This document shows, piece after piece, positions 13,385-26,991 of a stretch of 64,000 nt of DNA. Under the pieces are notes generated by a model that was given only the letters and a program-made list of their open reading frames with translations, did no database searches and had not been told where the DNA came from. Source of the stretch: Octopus vulgaris (taxonomy: Eukaryota); contig OX597825.1 in NCBI GenBank assembly GCA_951406725.2, forward strand, positions 31,744,001-31,808,000. The letters are read 5' to 3'. A program made the position numbers and the translations under genes. Every line of letters begins with the position of its first letter. The stretch's first letter is position 1.

Positions 13385-13770
13385 TATGTAAGTGTGTGTG
13401 TGTCTGTGTGCCTGTATGTAAGTATATTTATATATAAATGTATAAATGTACACACACTACATACACATGTAAATATATGAATATATGTACATCATTAATT
13501 TTTCATACATATATGTATGTATATGTATGTATGTATGTATGTATGCATGCATGTATGTATGTATGTATGTATGTATGTATGCATGCATGCATGCATGTAT
13601 GTATGTATGTATATATGTATGTAGTGGCTTCACTAGATGTCTTATATAAATATACTGCTTAATAAAATGTAATGCAACATTGACTTTCCAATTAATGTAG
13701 ACCTTACATTTTATGCATATACATACATATATTTATATATATATATATATATATAAAATGTATAAATGTG

Positions 13771-13802
<32 letters not shown>

Positions 13803-14065
13803 TGTATGTATGTATGTATGTATGTATGTATGTATGTATGCATGCATGTATGTATGTATATACATCACATATCTATATTTTCCCCATATCATTAAGGTAT
13901 GGTACTTCTTGCTCATTAAGTTGCTTAAATGATCCATGCTTTCAATCACAGAATCTTTCCTGTACATTTTTCCTCATTATCCAACGTAGCTATGAATCCA
14001 ACAACCACCTTCTGCAAGTGGACTATTATAGAATTCTCGAGTATCTTCATTTCATATATGTATAC

Positions 14066-14123
<58 letters not shown>

Positions 14124-14384
14124 CTTCTTTTCTTTCTATTTATTTTTTTACTAACAAATCAGAGTTAATGAATAACAACTACCAAAATAACTTATGGCCT
14201 AAGATCATCCTCATCTTCAGCATCATGATTTTCAATATCATCATCATCATCATAATCATAAGCATCATCATTATTATTATTGTTCTATGTTTGACTTTTG
14301 CTTTAACATTTGCACAAGTTGGCTCCAAGTCTCACCCAGAGACCTCAAGAGACAAGTTCGAAGTTCATGTTGGTGTTGTTGTTA

Positions 14385-14865
14385 TTATTATTCTGTCAAG
14401 ATTACATATTTCAGTAATTGACCAGTTAACGACATTGAAACTGTGAGTCACGACTGGTATGGCTAGAGCGTTGATCGCTTCGATCCTGTTTCTCGCATTC
14501 AGCTCTGTCTTAAGTATTGCTCTTACTCTGCGATAACATTCTCTCCTGATCCTTTCCTTCATCACTGAATGCCTTATTCCGTCCCCTTCAATTACCCCTA
14601 GGTACTTGTAGCTCTCCGCTGGGTCTAACTCTTTTATGAGATTCTGCTGGTCAAGGTAAATGTTAGATGTTTCTGTCATTTTTCCTTTGATAAAGGTAGC
14701 TTTTGCACATTTATCGAGACCAAATTGCATTCTGATGTCATCACTGAGTTGTTTAACAATCGTTAGTAAGCCCTTGAGTTGTTGGTAATTTTTTGCAAAG
14801 AGCTTTAAATCATCCATGTAAATGAGATGATTTATATTTTTATCCAACATTTTATATGCATCATT
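14385..14865 (-). mobile_element. R4/Dong LINE RT fragment
   Basis: INHLIYMDDLKLFA...MQFGLDKCA...YKYLG...ILKTELNARNRIEAINALAIPV; near (ATT)n. Confidence 0.92.
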
Positions 14866-14894
14866 GAGCAATTTCGAGAGAGGTATTAAGGCTA

Positions 14895-14962
<68 letters not shown>

Positions 14963-15201
14963 GAGTTGGCAGAATCACTAGTATATCAGACAATATATTT
15001 CCCAGTATTTCTTCCAGCTCTTTTTCATTCTGAGTTCAAATTCTGCCAAAGATGACTTTGCCTTTCATTCTTTCAGGGTTGATGAAACAAGGACCAGTTC
15101 AGAACTGAGGTTGATGTAATCTCTCCACTCAAAAAACTGCTAGCCTTGACCCAACAGTAGGAAGGATTACTATTACCATTATTATTATTATTATTCAGTA
15201 G

Positions 15202-15267
<66 letters not shown>

Positions 15268-15589
15268 GGTGGCAAGTTGGCAGAATAGTTAGCATGCCAG
15301 GCAAAATGGTTAGCAACATTCCATCAGTCTTCACATTCTGAGTTCAAATTGTGCCGAGATTGATTTTGACTTTCATCCTTTCAAGGTTGATTAAGTAAGT
15401 ACCAGTTGAACATTGGTATCTATGAAATTGACTTACCCCTCCCCAACCTAAATTGCTGGCATTGTGTCAAAATTTGAAATTATTAGTAGTAGTAGTAATA
15501 GTAGTACTTCATTGTACAGTACAGATATAGAATATTGAGTCTTGATATTGTGTTTTTTTTTTACTTTCACACATGCTGTCAAACTCTAA

Positions 15590-16260
15590 CAAAAGGCTTA
15601 AGTCAGAAATTACCTTTCTAAGACCATCAAACACTTGCTTGTCTGTATTGATGTCCAGCCACCCAATACAATATCATCATTTCTTTTTTCTTAAATTGGA
15701 CTTAATTGCTCCTATGACAAATTGTATAACTTTTACTTTTGCTGCCAGGCATCACTACAGTCTTGATATTTCTACTCTTAATTCAGCATATTTCAACATT
15801 TTTTCTAGTTTATTGCAGTATTTTTGTTATGAGGAATTATATGTATTAAAGAAATTGGCACAAACTTTCTGTTCATGTTATATGTAATGATATCTAGTCA
15901 GTGATGTTAAATTATGTGATTGTTAAGATCTCACAGAATATTTGGTTTACCAGTTTCAGTTGGAGTCTTTTCTCATACATTATTGTAGCATTTGTCTGAA
16001 GTAGCGTATCCATATTTTTCACAAAGTAACCAACATCAAATGAGACAAACTTTAATCATGGTATCATTTATAGTCATTGGCTGCAATATGACTGATATTT
16101 TCCACTCTCATTCTATAGGTGGCACCTGCTTGCTGAAGCAATGGAATTAATATTCATATTCACTGAATAAGTGTTTTATAACTTGATCTTGAGCACATGT
16201 CAACAAATTCTTTGTTTCTCTCTTTAAATCAAGACTTCAGAGTCACTCCAACAACGAATT
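15590..16260 (-). mobile_element. Decayed R4/Dong LINE endonuclease-domain fragment
   Basis: Broken translation LCEKYGY...EKMLKYAELRVEISRL*...VIQFVIGAI matches the REL C-terminal pattern. Confidence 0.6.
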
Positions 16261-16405
16261 GGGATTTTCCCCAGTTTTGGCATTAGGAAGGGCATCCAAC
16301 CATAGAAACCATGCCAAAATTGCCACTAGAGCTCAACACAATCCTATGCCTTGCTAGACTCTGTCAAACTGTCCAACCCATGCCAGCAAGGAAAATAGAC
16401 ATTAA

Positions 16406-16432
16406 ATGATGATGGTGGTGGTGATGATGATA

Positions 16433-16485
<53 letters not shown>

Positions 16486-16524
16486 GAAGAAGAAGAAGAA
16501 GAAGAAGAAGAAGAAGAAGAAGAA

Positions 16525-16555
<31 letters not shown>

Positions 16556-16575
16556 GAAGGAGGAGGAGGAGGAGG
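16406..16575. repeat. (GAT)n(GAA)n(GAG)n microsatellite extending an RTE tail
   Basis: Read directly. Confidence 0.95.
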
Positions 16576-17276
16576 ATGTCTGTAGAATTACCTAGATAAC
16601 TGCATTTCTTTGAGTACTTTTCCTTAAAAAAATATCCTACTGTGTTATGTATTTTCTCTTCAAGTAAGTTCTGCTTCTCATTCATACATTTCAGGCATGG
16701 CTTGGTTTTTACAGCTGGATGCTCTTCCTGTCACCAACTACTTTGTGCATTTCATTTTTACCATGATTTTAGCACAAGAGAGGTCGTCATGTCTTTGACA
16801 ATGCAGGGCATCTCCTCCACTCCAAATCATTTATACTCAAATGCCAACCACATTGCAAAGTGTACTGAGGGAGGGATTGTCCTGTTCCCCATAAAACTGA
16901 AAAGTCCTCATCACTCCATGGTATGTTCATTCACTGAAGACAATGTGACTGAGAAGGAAGGTGAAAAGAAGTGAGAATGATGAACAGATCCACTCAGGAG
17001 GCTTTGGTTGACCCATGGTTATAGCAGAGGACACTGGTGCAAGATGCCACACAGAAGCTCTGAACCTGAAACTATGTGATTGGGAAGCAAATTTATTAAC
17101 CACCCAGCCACACATAATAGATAATACCCCAACTTGTTTCATTGTCTTACACATTATGATTATGCTGTCAGTTTTCATAGTTTATGTTATTTAAGGTATA
17201 ACACTCAAGTACTGTTACATGCAGAATAATGTTGTAGATGATAATATACATTACAAACATCAATGTGATGTTTATA

Positions 17277-17843
17277 TTGGGTTGTCCAGAAAGTTCGTGC
17301 CGATTTTTAAAGGAAAGAAAAAGGTCAATAAATACTAGTCATTGCATTTTTAATCAACCAAATATGAACCATTTTGTTGCACAATGCGTCTCCATCTTCC
17401 CTTTAACTTTAAAATACCCTCTTCCCAGGATTGAGGTGGCTTCATGGCAAAGAATTCATCAAGGTATCTTTTTATGTCATCCAAAGAATTGAAATTTTTA
17501 CCATTAAGACTATTCTGCAGAGACCTGAATAAGTGGAAATCTGAAGGAGCAATATCAGGGTGAATATGGGGGGTGGGGTAACACATCCCAGCCGACCTGC
17601 AGCAATTTTTGTCTGGTTCCCAAAGCATCAAATGCCGAAAATGAACTTTCTTATCTTCCATTTTAAAGAGATACAGAATTAACACAGGTTATAGGAACAT
17701 AAACCTTTTTCCATGAAAAGATAGATTAAACTTTGCTCTAAATGGAGGTGTAGTCAAATCCTATTTTATGGACTCAACCATGTTCTAAAATAAGTTGAAA
17801 GGTAAGCTACTATAAATCGGCATGAAATTTCCAGACAACCCAG
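17277..17843 (-). mobile_element. Internally deleted mariner element with ~30-bp TIRs
   Basis: TA-ttgggttgtccagaaagttcgtgccgattt / aaatcggcatgaaatttccagacaacccag; ORF joins N-terminal MEDKKVHFRH to C-terminal PDIAPSDFHLFRSLQNSL...GILKLKGRW. Confidence 0.93.
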
Positions 17844-18895
17844 TCATATACAACTAGAACAACTAGAAACAAGACTGCCGATATGACTCAAGATATATAT
17901 TACCACTTGCTTGACAACATTTCATTTATATCCAAAGCCTTAACACTTTTTACAATTACAATCAAACTGACCACTGCCTATTTACTAATTATTGTGCTAA
18001 TTGTCTGTTCTTGTGCTGCCATGATCCACGTCTCTGTTTCTTATTTTAGTCTTCCATCTTTCACTTAATCCCATTGTTCTCTTCCTATTATGTCATCTAT
18101 TTATTTCACACGCTTCCCACATAATGGTTCTTCTTTTCAGTTTCCATTTATTTATTGTCTCTCTTTGTTTTGTTATTTTTGTTCCTCTTCTGTTTCTAAT
18201 CCTTTCCTATTTCAATGTGTATTTATCGTTCCTCATCCTGACATCCTCACTTCACTTATAGCTTCATTTCACTTTTTCAAACAGAAGTCTCTACTTCTAT
18301 AATCAACCAATTGTACCGAATAGGTCTCTACCTACCTTTTTTGCTTAGCAAAATTTTGTCTGTCACTACATTTGGAGTTCAAATTCTGCCGAAGACGACT
18401 TTACCTTTCATCCTTCCATGGTCGATAAATTAAGTACCAGCTGAGTACTGGGGTCAATGTGATCGACTATCCCCCTCTCCACAAAATCCAGGCTTTGTGC
18501 CTATAGTAGAAAGGATTATTCTACCCCATTATTGGGGATTCTGCCTATTTATTCATTATTATTTATTTCTCTGCTTTCTACTATATGTCCTTTGTTATAT
18601 CCTTTAATGTGGTAGTGTCTCTCTTTGATTGATATTAACCCCACATTTTTGTTTTTGTAATCTTTTTGTGCTGTAACTCGTCCTTCGATATTGTCCTCCA
18701 TGCCTTGGGCCCTAGTGGCCAATAAAAGAAATCATCATTATTATTATTCCTTCATAACACAGTGTAGGTAAAAATGCACAGGAGTCTTTAGTCATCCGTC
18801 AGATCACAGCAAGGACCTCAGACAGATAAAACTTTCCTTAAGATGTGCTGCTTTTTGCAAGACATCAATGCTTCAACTATCAATGCTATACCATA

Positions 18896-19094
18896 CAGGG
18901 TGTTTCAGAATTAACTATCTGTTTCAATGAAACTGAGAAAATATTTTTAAAAAAGCTTACAAAATTTTATGATTATTACCAAGATTTATAAATCTTATTG
19001 AAAATTTTCACCAAGTGTCTTCTGCTATAGCCCCAGGCCGACCAATGCCTTGTGAGTGGATTTGGTAGACGGAAACTGAAAGAAGCCTGTCGTA

Positions 19095-19141
<47 letters not shown>

Positions 19142-19723
19142 ATGTGTGTGTTTGTGTGTCTGTGTTTGTCCCCCTAGCATTGCTTGACAACCGATGCTGG
19201 TGTGTTTACGTCCCCGTCACTTAGCGGTTCGGCAAAAGAGACCGATAGAATAAGTACTGGGCTTATAAAGAATAAGTCCCGGGGTCGATTTGATCGACTA
19301 AAGGCGGTGCTCCAGCATGGCCGCAGTCAAATGACTGAAACAAGTAAAAGAGTAAAAGAGTAAAAAGAGAGAGTATGTCTATGTCCCTACATACTTCAAA
19401 TCTCTCCGTAACATTGTGGAACACATTTTAAAGCATATCAGGAGTTAGCTCCTGTACTGCTAACTGAATGTGTTCTTTAAGCTCAACTAAATGATTGCAC
19501 CATCTTGGGGATAAAGGTAAAGAAAATGATTGCTGCCAAATTGAAAAAAAGCTGTCATGGACAAATAAGAGGGGTCCAACAGGAATGAAAATAAAATTAT
19601 AAACAAAATTCAAAAATTATACACTTTTAACACATATTAAACATGATAAGCATAAATAAAAGTGAGTTTTTTAAAAAATGTATCTGATTTCACTCAAATC
19701 ATCATTAATTCTGAGACACTCTA
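18896..19723 (-). mobile_element. Non-autonomous Tc1/mariner-type element containing a nested SINE
   Basis: TIRs cagggtgtttcagaattaa / ttaattctgagacactcta with TA flanks; residual LVELKEHIQLAVQELTPDML transposase C-terminus. Confidence 0.75.
19010..19372 (+). mobile_element. 5'-truncated CORE-like tRNA SINE
   Basis: Nearly identical to the 3' part of 44733-45133; (AAAAGAGT)n tail. Confidence 0.9.
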
Positions 19724-21049
19724 TATTTACTCGTCCATCTAAATGGGGGAGGAAACACAGCAGGGGACCAATTGCAAGTGGAAAGCATAGCTTCTGGAAG
19801 TGGTCATGTGGTCAAATTCGAATGGCAGTTTTTTTGTTTTTTTTTGTATGAACATTTTGCATTATATAGTTCAGACATGGATGACATAGAAAGCAGACAT
19901 CCTGCTGGGCCATGCTGCATTGCGCAGAATTGGAAATGTGAAACATCAACAGGATTGGAAACATGAAACTTCAAACCCATTCATCCATTCTGGAGAATGG
20001 ATATGAATGGGTTTGTTGTGCCTTTACCCAGCTGCACACATGCACATGGACCAGTGGTGCGTAGGATGGTAACATGAAACATCAACAGGGTGCCAACAAA
20101 AATTTTAATGATCTTCTCATTTCCTCTGCCAAATTGGGCAAAAAGGTTTTCATGAAATACTATACACTGCTTATAATTCATGAGTAGAGTCAATATTTTA
20201 TCGTCAGAAAATGGCCTAAAACAAAGATAAAACCCAGTGCAGTATACTCAAATCTGATTAATCTGCATTTGGGTGGAGGCCATAGTCGGAATCAGAATTT
20301 TTTTTTAGTCAACAGCAATTCAAGGAGCCTCATTAATGTCTGTTGCAAATTTGGGGGCAAGCAACTGGATACTCTTCAAGTTAAGGGCCATAATGCTGCA
20401 AAAATGCCTTTAAAATGCATTTTATCCGCCTCTGGGCTTGCATTAGGCAAGAAGTTGAAAATTTTTGGCCCATGACATTCCATGGACCCTATAAAGTTTC
20501 ATTAAAATTGGTTGGATGGATCTCAGGTTTTAACGACATCACAAACACACAGAGAGACATACATCTTGTGTTTTATATATATAAATTTAATAACTCCCTC
20601 TCTGTGACTGGTCCTTTTTTTTATCAACCTCAGAAGGATCATAAGCATAGCTAAACTTATCAGGATTTGAACCAACAAGTGAAGGGCCTCAACTAATTAC
20701 CAACACTGAAATGATTTTATCAATCAATTGTAGATCTCGTTAAGGATTTTCTTATCTTTTCTCTATGACTTGTTTCAAGTCATTAGACCATGGCCATGCT
20801 GTAGCAGCAACTTGAAGAATGTTAGTCAAATGAATCAATCCTAGTACTTTGTTTTTTTTCAAGTCTGGTATTTATTCTATTGGTCACTTATGCTGAACTA
20901 CTAAATTGCAGGGACATAAACACACCAACACCAGTTGTCAAGCAGTGGTTGAGGACAAACACAGAAACAAAGGCACACACATAGATATATATATATATAT
21001 AAATAGATATGCATATATAAATATATATACATATGTGTGTGTGTGTGTG

Positions 21050-21385
21050 AAGGCGCATGGTTCAGTGGTTGGAGCGACGAGCTTATAATCGTGAGGTTGT
21101 GAGCTCAAATCCCATACTGGGCTGTGTGTTGTGTTCTTGAGCAAGACACTTTATTTCACATTGCTCCAGTTCACTCAGCTGTAGAAATGAGTTGCGACGT
21201 CACTGGTGCCAAGCTATATCGGCTGTTGTCTTTCCCTTGGATAACACTGGTGGCATTGAGAGGGGAGGGCGGTGTGCATGAGCGACTGCTGGTCTTCCAT
21301 AAACAACCTTGCCCAGACTTGTGCCTGGGAGGGTAACTTTCTAGGTACAATTCCACGGTCTGTGTCATGACCAAAGGGGGTCTCA
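21050..21385 (+). mobile_element. tRNA-derived SINE (V-domain-like core)
   Basis: ggcgcatggttcagtgg A box, degenerate B box, ttcttgagcaagacact...cagttcactcagctgta core; related copies at 28890-29190 and 52032-52208. Confidence 0.8.
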
Positions 21386-21580
21386 GATATATATATATAT
21401 ATACGTTTAAATATTTGTTGTGCAAGATTTTTTATGTGAAGTCGTGTGTTGAAACAGATATTGTTATATTTCGGAATGGTCATTTTGCCAGTTTAGCCAA
21501 TAAAAACACACGCACTATATATTTGGTGTTACTTTGCTACAGTGTTATTTATTTTTTACATTAATCTTAATCTTATTTCA

Positions 21581-21624
21581 GCCAGAGTTCTTTCGTCACA
21601 CTCCTGTGACCGCATCAGTGGTCC
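21581..21624 (-). ncRNA. Minimal type I hammerhead-like motif in the PLE 3' region (variant core)
   Basis: CCA-CUGAUGCG-GUCAC(AGGAGU)GUGAC-GAAAGAACUC-UGG. Confidence 0.55.
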
Positions 21625-22019
21625 TTTGTTTTCTTCTCACTTATTTGTGTCTCTCCTTACTAACCGTCAGCCATTTTGTATTTCTATTGTATGTCTTCAT
21701 TTGTGCATGCTTATATCTCTATGTGCGTTTATGTTTATTTAGTGTGTGTATGTGGGGGATGCCTGTAATATTTGTATCTTCTGTTTATATATGTTCATGT
21801 AATTTGTAATTTTATATGTTCATGTAATTTGTAATTTTATATGTTCATGTAATTTGTATTTTGTATTTTGTATTTTGTTTTTTGTTTTTGTTTATTCTTA
21901 TTTTGTTCATGTGTTTACATCCACCCATTATTATCATTACATATGCTTGTATGTATGTATGTATGTATGTATGTATGTATAACAACAATACTAGTAATAA
22001 TAATAATAAATTGAATCGA

Positions 22020-22123
<104 letters not shown>

Positions 22124-22197
22124 CACATATATATATATATATATAGTTATTTATTTATTTATCTGTGTATTTATTATGTTTTCAGGATCCTCTATCG

Positions 22198-23256
22198 TCA
22201 TATGTTGTGGTGTGTGTTAGTGCTCCATTCTAGTTTTCTATTCAGGCTAGGTTTATTTTCTATTATGTGTGTAGCTTCTGTAATTTGTCTAATTGTTGCA
22301 TTTGATCTATGTGTGGATAATATTTTAATTTCTATGTTATTGATTGATCCCCCGTGTTCTTGTTCAGCGTGTTGGTACAGAATCGATGAGCTTTTACCTT
22401 CTTTGAGTTGTCTCCAATGCTCATTTACCTGCTCTCCTATGCTTCTTGCCGTTTCCCTTACGTATGTCGTTGTCTTGTTACTGCATCGTCCCTCTATACA
22501 TCTTATACTATAGACTACATTTCTGGCTTTACAGTTTGTTTGTGGGCTAAATCTACATACAGTACAGTACCTATCTGTACAGGGGGTTCTACTAAAAGGA
22601 TAGGTTCTACCAATTATAGATTTGATAGGGTTGCCTGGCTTTTCAACAACCTTAATTCTTAGCTTAAGTTTGTCTAGGGTCCTTCTAAAGCGATACGCCA
22701 GTTCACCTCCAGGGGTGGTGTCAACGAACATGACACTCTGGTATTTATGGCTATCATACCAAGAGTTGGCCTTCCCTATTTTCTTTTTTGTCCTTTCTAT
22801 AGTGTTCCATGACTTGTTCCTATAGAGTGGGCAAATACCATTCTTATCATTACATAATATATTATCAAATTTCTTAATGGTTCCTTTGTATACTCTGATC
22901 CTTTCTTTATGGCTGTAACCTGAGAACTGCATGCGGTGAATGAAATATTGTATGTGTCTCTTTAACTCTGTGGGCTCGCACATGCATGACACATTTCTCA
23001 TTATTCTGACGAGGTCTGCCATCAAAATATTGAATTTGGCATTGTCCGCAATGGCTGAGTTCCAGTGGATCAAGTATTTTGAGGCCATAGGTTTGGCATA
23101 GTATGAATGAAGGATTTGGGTTTTATTATTCACAATTTCTAGCCAGAGTTCAGTGTCTAGTACTGGTAGTCTATGGTTGGGGTGTTTAGTGGGGTAGTCT
23201 ATTGTGACCTTAATACTCTGGTGGATGGAGTTAGCTATTTGCTGGATGCTCTCCAT
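22198..23256 (-). pseudogene. PLE RT thumb + Cys-rich linker + GIY-YIG endonuclease
   Basis: LPVLDTELW, YYAKPMAS, CTDRYCTVC...C, NVVYSIRC...YVRET...EH...HAEQEH; out of frame with the RT ORF by one nucleotide. Confidence 0.92.
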
Positions 23257-23273
23257 AGTATTAGTTTCTATTA

Positions 23274-25256
23274 CTATATCAACATTACTCTCTTGTGGGG
23301 TGCCTTTACCACTATGTTGATATCATCAACATAGCGAGAGTACATGTTTACGAGTATGGAATTCTGTGTTAGGCGTTCTTTAAGCCTTCTGTCCCACCAT
23401 ACCATGAAAAGGTTGGCCACATCACCAGCAATACTAACGCCGATGGCTGCCCCCTCGTCCTGGGCATATATTTTATTATTAAACTTAAACGTGTGGCCTT
23501 TTAGGGTAATTCTTATACTAGCTCCTAGTGCATGTGCGATCATTTTCTTTATCAGATGGACATTTGCGGGGCTCCGTATGGCTCTGGTCCATCCACGCCA
23601 TCTTTCTATATGTGTCTTCCTAGCCATAGAAGTAATTGTGGGCGGTCTACCTCTTAAACATCTACTGGGGCAGAAACTACTAAGATTATGTTTATCTAAG
23701 TATTCAGTATTACATGTCAGTCTAAGTAGGGGGCCCAGTTCTTCTGTGTTGACATTACAGAACTCCACCTGGCTCTCATTGATCATCTCCACGCACTTCT
23801 CCACCGCAAAATCTACGTCGATCGATGGGTATAGGGATACCACATCCATGCTACCCACCATACATCCTGTCAGGTCACAAGTGCTGTTACAGTCATCGAT
23901 CCTGCTGAGGAGATCTTCTGTGCTGTCACAAACATCAGGTGACATCTGGATTATAGGGCGTATGATCATTGAGAGGAAGTAGGAGATTCTGTAATTGCTA
24001 GCGATATTCGCTCCACAGACTGGTCTTGTTATTGGTCCTGCTATAGGGTCAGTAATTATTTTATGGTCCTTGCGAAGTCCATACAGTGCCGGGATATCAT
24101 TGTTCCAGGCTTGGAAATTATTTCCTGTATGTTTCTGGGGTCCCAGAACAATAGTCCACATCATCATGTGGGCATTGAGGACCTTTTCTCTCTCCTCATG
24201 TGCCTGTACAGTTGTTATCTTTGTATTGGCGATATGAGGTTGTATTGCCTGGATGTAGTTCGGTAAGCTGTCTATTGACATCCTGCCAGACTTATCTGTG
24301 GGAAGGCATACCACCTCTCCGTTCCTCGTGCGCTGAATGGGCTTATGTAGGCCACATGCAGGTTTAATCCCGAGTTGTTGTGCCTCTGTCTTATTCTGTC
24401 TCTGTCTCTTAGTGTATAATCCTAAAATCTGTCTAAGTTTGGTCCTAGCTATAGTGAACTGTGCTTCCATGTGGTCATTATTATCTCTAGGGATGTAGAC
24501 TCTTTTGTTGAAGGGTAATGTTGTTGGATAAATCCGGTTCATGCAGTAAGTTTTGTCACATACGTTGAAGAATTGAGTGTCAAAGGGGTGGGTATACATG
24601 TCAATGGTCATTCTAGGGTTATCTTCATTATCGTTACTGTTTCCATCATCAGCCTGCCTATTATTATTACCACCATTACCACTACTACTATTATTACTAT
24701 TACCACCACAACTACCATCATTACTACTTCTACTATTACCACCACCACTACTACTACCACTATTATTGTTATTACCATTATTCCTACCATTGCCATTATT
24801 ACTATCATCGCTAGTGATATTTTCATTGTTCCTGTTTCTGGTGTATGTGTTGTTCATATTAGTGTTGGGTTTTATGTCTGTCTGTTGGTTCCTGTCATTC
24901 CCTCTATTGTGGTTGTTATTTTTGTTCCTACGAGTATTGTTATTATTATCTGTTTCAAGTCTACTGACTCCCTGTCCAAGGATCCTGTTGCATTCAACTA
25001 TATTTTCCATCGTGACCCCCATGACACAACTTTTATTTGTGTCTTTGTGACTATGGTTATCTGTGTGTGTGTTTGTGTGTCGGTTCTCCCTATAATTGTT
25101 GTTGTTGTTGCTGTTGTATATGATTTTTTTCTCTCTGTTTATGTTTTTGTATTTGTATCTATTGTTTGTGTCTATGCATTCATTTTTTCTTTTGTTGTTG
25201 TTGTTGCCGCTGTTAGGGTTCGTGTTGTTTTTGTTGCTACGGTTGTTATTGTTATT
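23274..25256 (-). pseudogene. PLE reverse transcriptase with Asn-rich N-terminal region
   Basis: PTDKSG, PALYGLRKDHK, RPV, GSMDVVSLYPSID, QDEGAAIG, YSRYVDD. Confidence 0.95.
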
Positions 25257-25634
25257 AAAGCCAGAAATGTAGTCTATAGTATAAGATGTATAGAGGGACG
25301 ATGCAGTAACAAGACAACGACATACGTAGGGGAAACGGCAAGAAGCATAGGAGAGCGGGTAAATGAGCATTGGAGACAACTCAAAGAAGGTAAAAGCTCA
25401 TCGATTCTGTACCAACACGCTGAACAAGAACACGGGGGATCAATCAATAACATAGAAATTAAAATATTATCCACACATAGATCAGATGCAACAATTAGAC
25501 AAATTACAGAAGCTACACACATAATAGAAAATAAACCTAGCCTGAATAGAAAACTACAATGGAGCACTAACACACACCACATATGACGATAGAGGATCCT
25601 GAAAACATAATAAATACACAGATAAATAAATAAA

Positions 25635-25673
<39 letters not shown>

Positions 25674-26264
25674 ATATGTATATGTATATATATGTATATA
25701 TATATATATATATTTTTTTTTTCGATTCAATTTATTATTATTATTACTAGTATTGTTGTTATACATACATACATACATACATACATACATACATACATAC
25801 ATACAAGCATATGTAATGATAATAATGGGTGGATGTAAACACATGAACAAAATAAGAATAAACAAAAACAAAAAACAAAATACAAAATACAAAATACAAA
25901 TTACATGAACATATAAAATTACAAATTACATGAACATATATAAACAGAAGATACAAATATTACAGGCATCCCCCACATACACACACTAAATAAACATAAA
26001 CGCACATAGCGATATAAGCATGTGCAAATGAAGACATACAATAGAAATACAAAATGGCTGATGGTTAGTAAGGAGAGACACAAATAAGTGAGAAGAAAAC
26101 AAAGGACCACTGATGCGGTCACAGGAGTGTGACGAAAGAACTCTGGCCGAAATAAGATTAAGATTAATGTAAAAAATAAATAACACTGAAGCAAAGTAAC
26201 ACCAAATATATAGTGCGTGTGTTTTTATTGGCTAAACTGGCAAAATGACCATTCCGAAATATAA

Positions 26265-26270
<6 letters not shown>
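25257..26270 (+). repeat. Inverted pseudo-LTR (copy of endonuclease end + 3' UTR)
   Basis: Near-perfect reverse complement of 21458-22530, with scattered substitutions and microsatellite length differences. Confidence 0.97.
26104..26148 (+). ncRNA. Hammerhead-like motif, second copy in the inverted pseudo-LTR
   Basis: GGACCA-CUGAUGCG-GUCAC/GUGAC-GAAAGAACUC-UGGCC. Confidence 0.55.
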
Positions 26271-26301
<31 letters not shown>

Positions 26302-26991
26302 CATATATGACAGGCATCTTTCAGTTCCCATCTAACAAATCCACACTCACAAGGCTTTGATTGGCCCAAGGCTGTAAAAGAGGATACTTGCCCATGGTGC
26401 CGCCATGCAGTGGGACTGAATCCTGAACCATATGATTTGGAAGCAGACTTCTTACCACACAACCATGCCTGTGCTGCTTTTATTTTTCATTATATTTTAC
26501 TTTATTTTTTCCCCTCTCTCCTTCCCTCTTTGGTTACTAACCGCATTGTTTTGGTCGGATTTAAACAGCTTTATATGAGAAGTTTCAAGGAAGCACCTAC
26601 TTTTCTATGTGACTTCATGGCAGCTCCATAGATTGATTGCTTTCTCCTGGCATTATTGATGTTCTCACATCTGTTTCCAGCATGTCTGTGATGTCCTATT
26701 CTGTGTTTATGTTTTTATCTTCTATTTATTTATTGCTGTTAGTGTTCTATCTTGAAGTTTTATCTTTGGGATGGTGTTTCATTGATCTTATCCAAAGATT
26801 TCCAATTGATTTTTATTTCTGTAACTATTTCTAACTTCAGATTATTGTTAGATTTTCAAGTTCCTGTGCTACAGCTTTCTTTCCTCACATCTTTCGTTAT
26901 TCATTTACATTTCATATTTTCATTTGTCTCGTCGTTCTGTGTTTCAGCTTATGTCTGTTGATATTCTATAGGTATGCAGCTCTGATTTGAA

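Noticed and set aside
23274-23300. Programmed ribosomal frameshift between RT and endonuclease
   Set aside because: No slippery heptamer seen, the break falls within the RT, and PLEs use one ORF; a 1-nt deletion or sequencing error is simpler.
25257-25379. N-terminal 41 aa (MSPMLIYPLS...) of the 701-aa ORF as the true PLE start
   Set aside because: It is the antisense of the endonuclease region in the inverted arm, in frame only by the inversion junction.
24573-25586. 337-aa plus-strand ORF as a separate GIY-YIG gene
   Set aside because: Antisense low-complexity sequence fused to the duplicated endonuclease end; product of the inversion.
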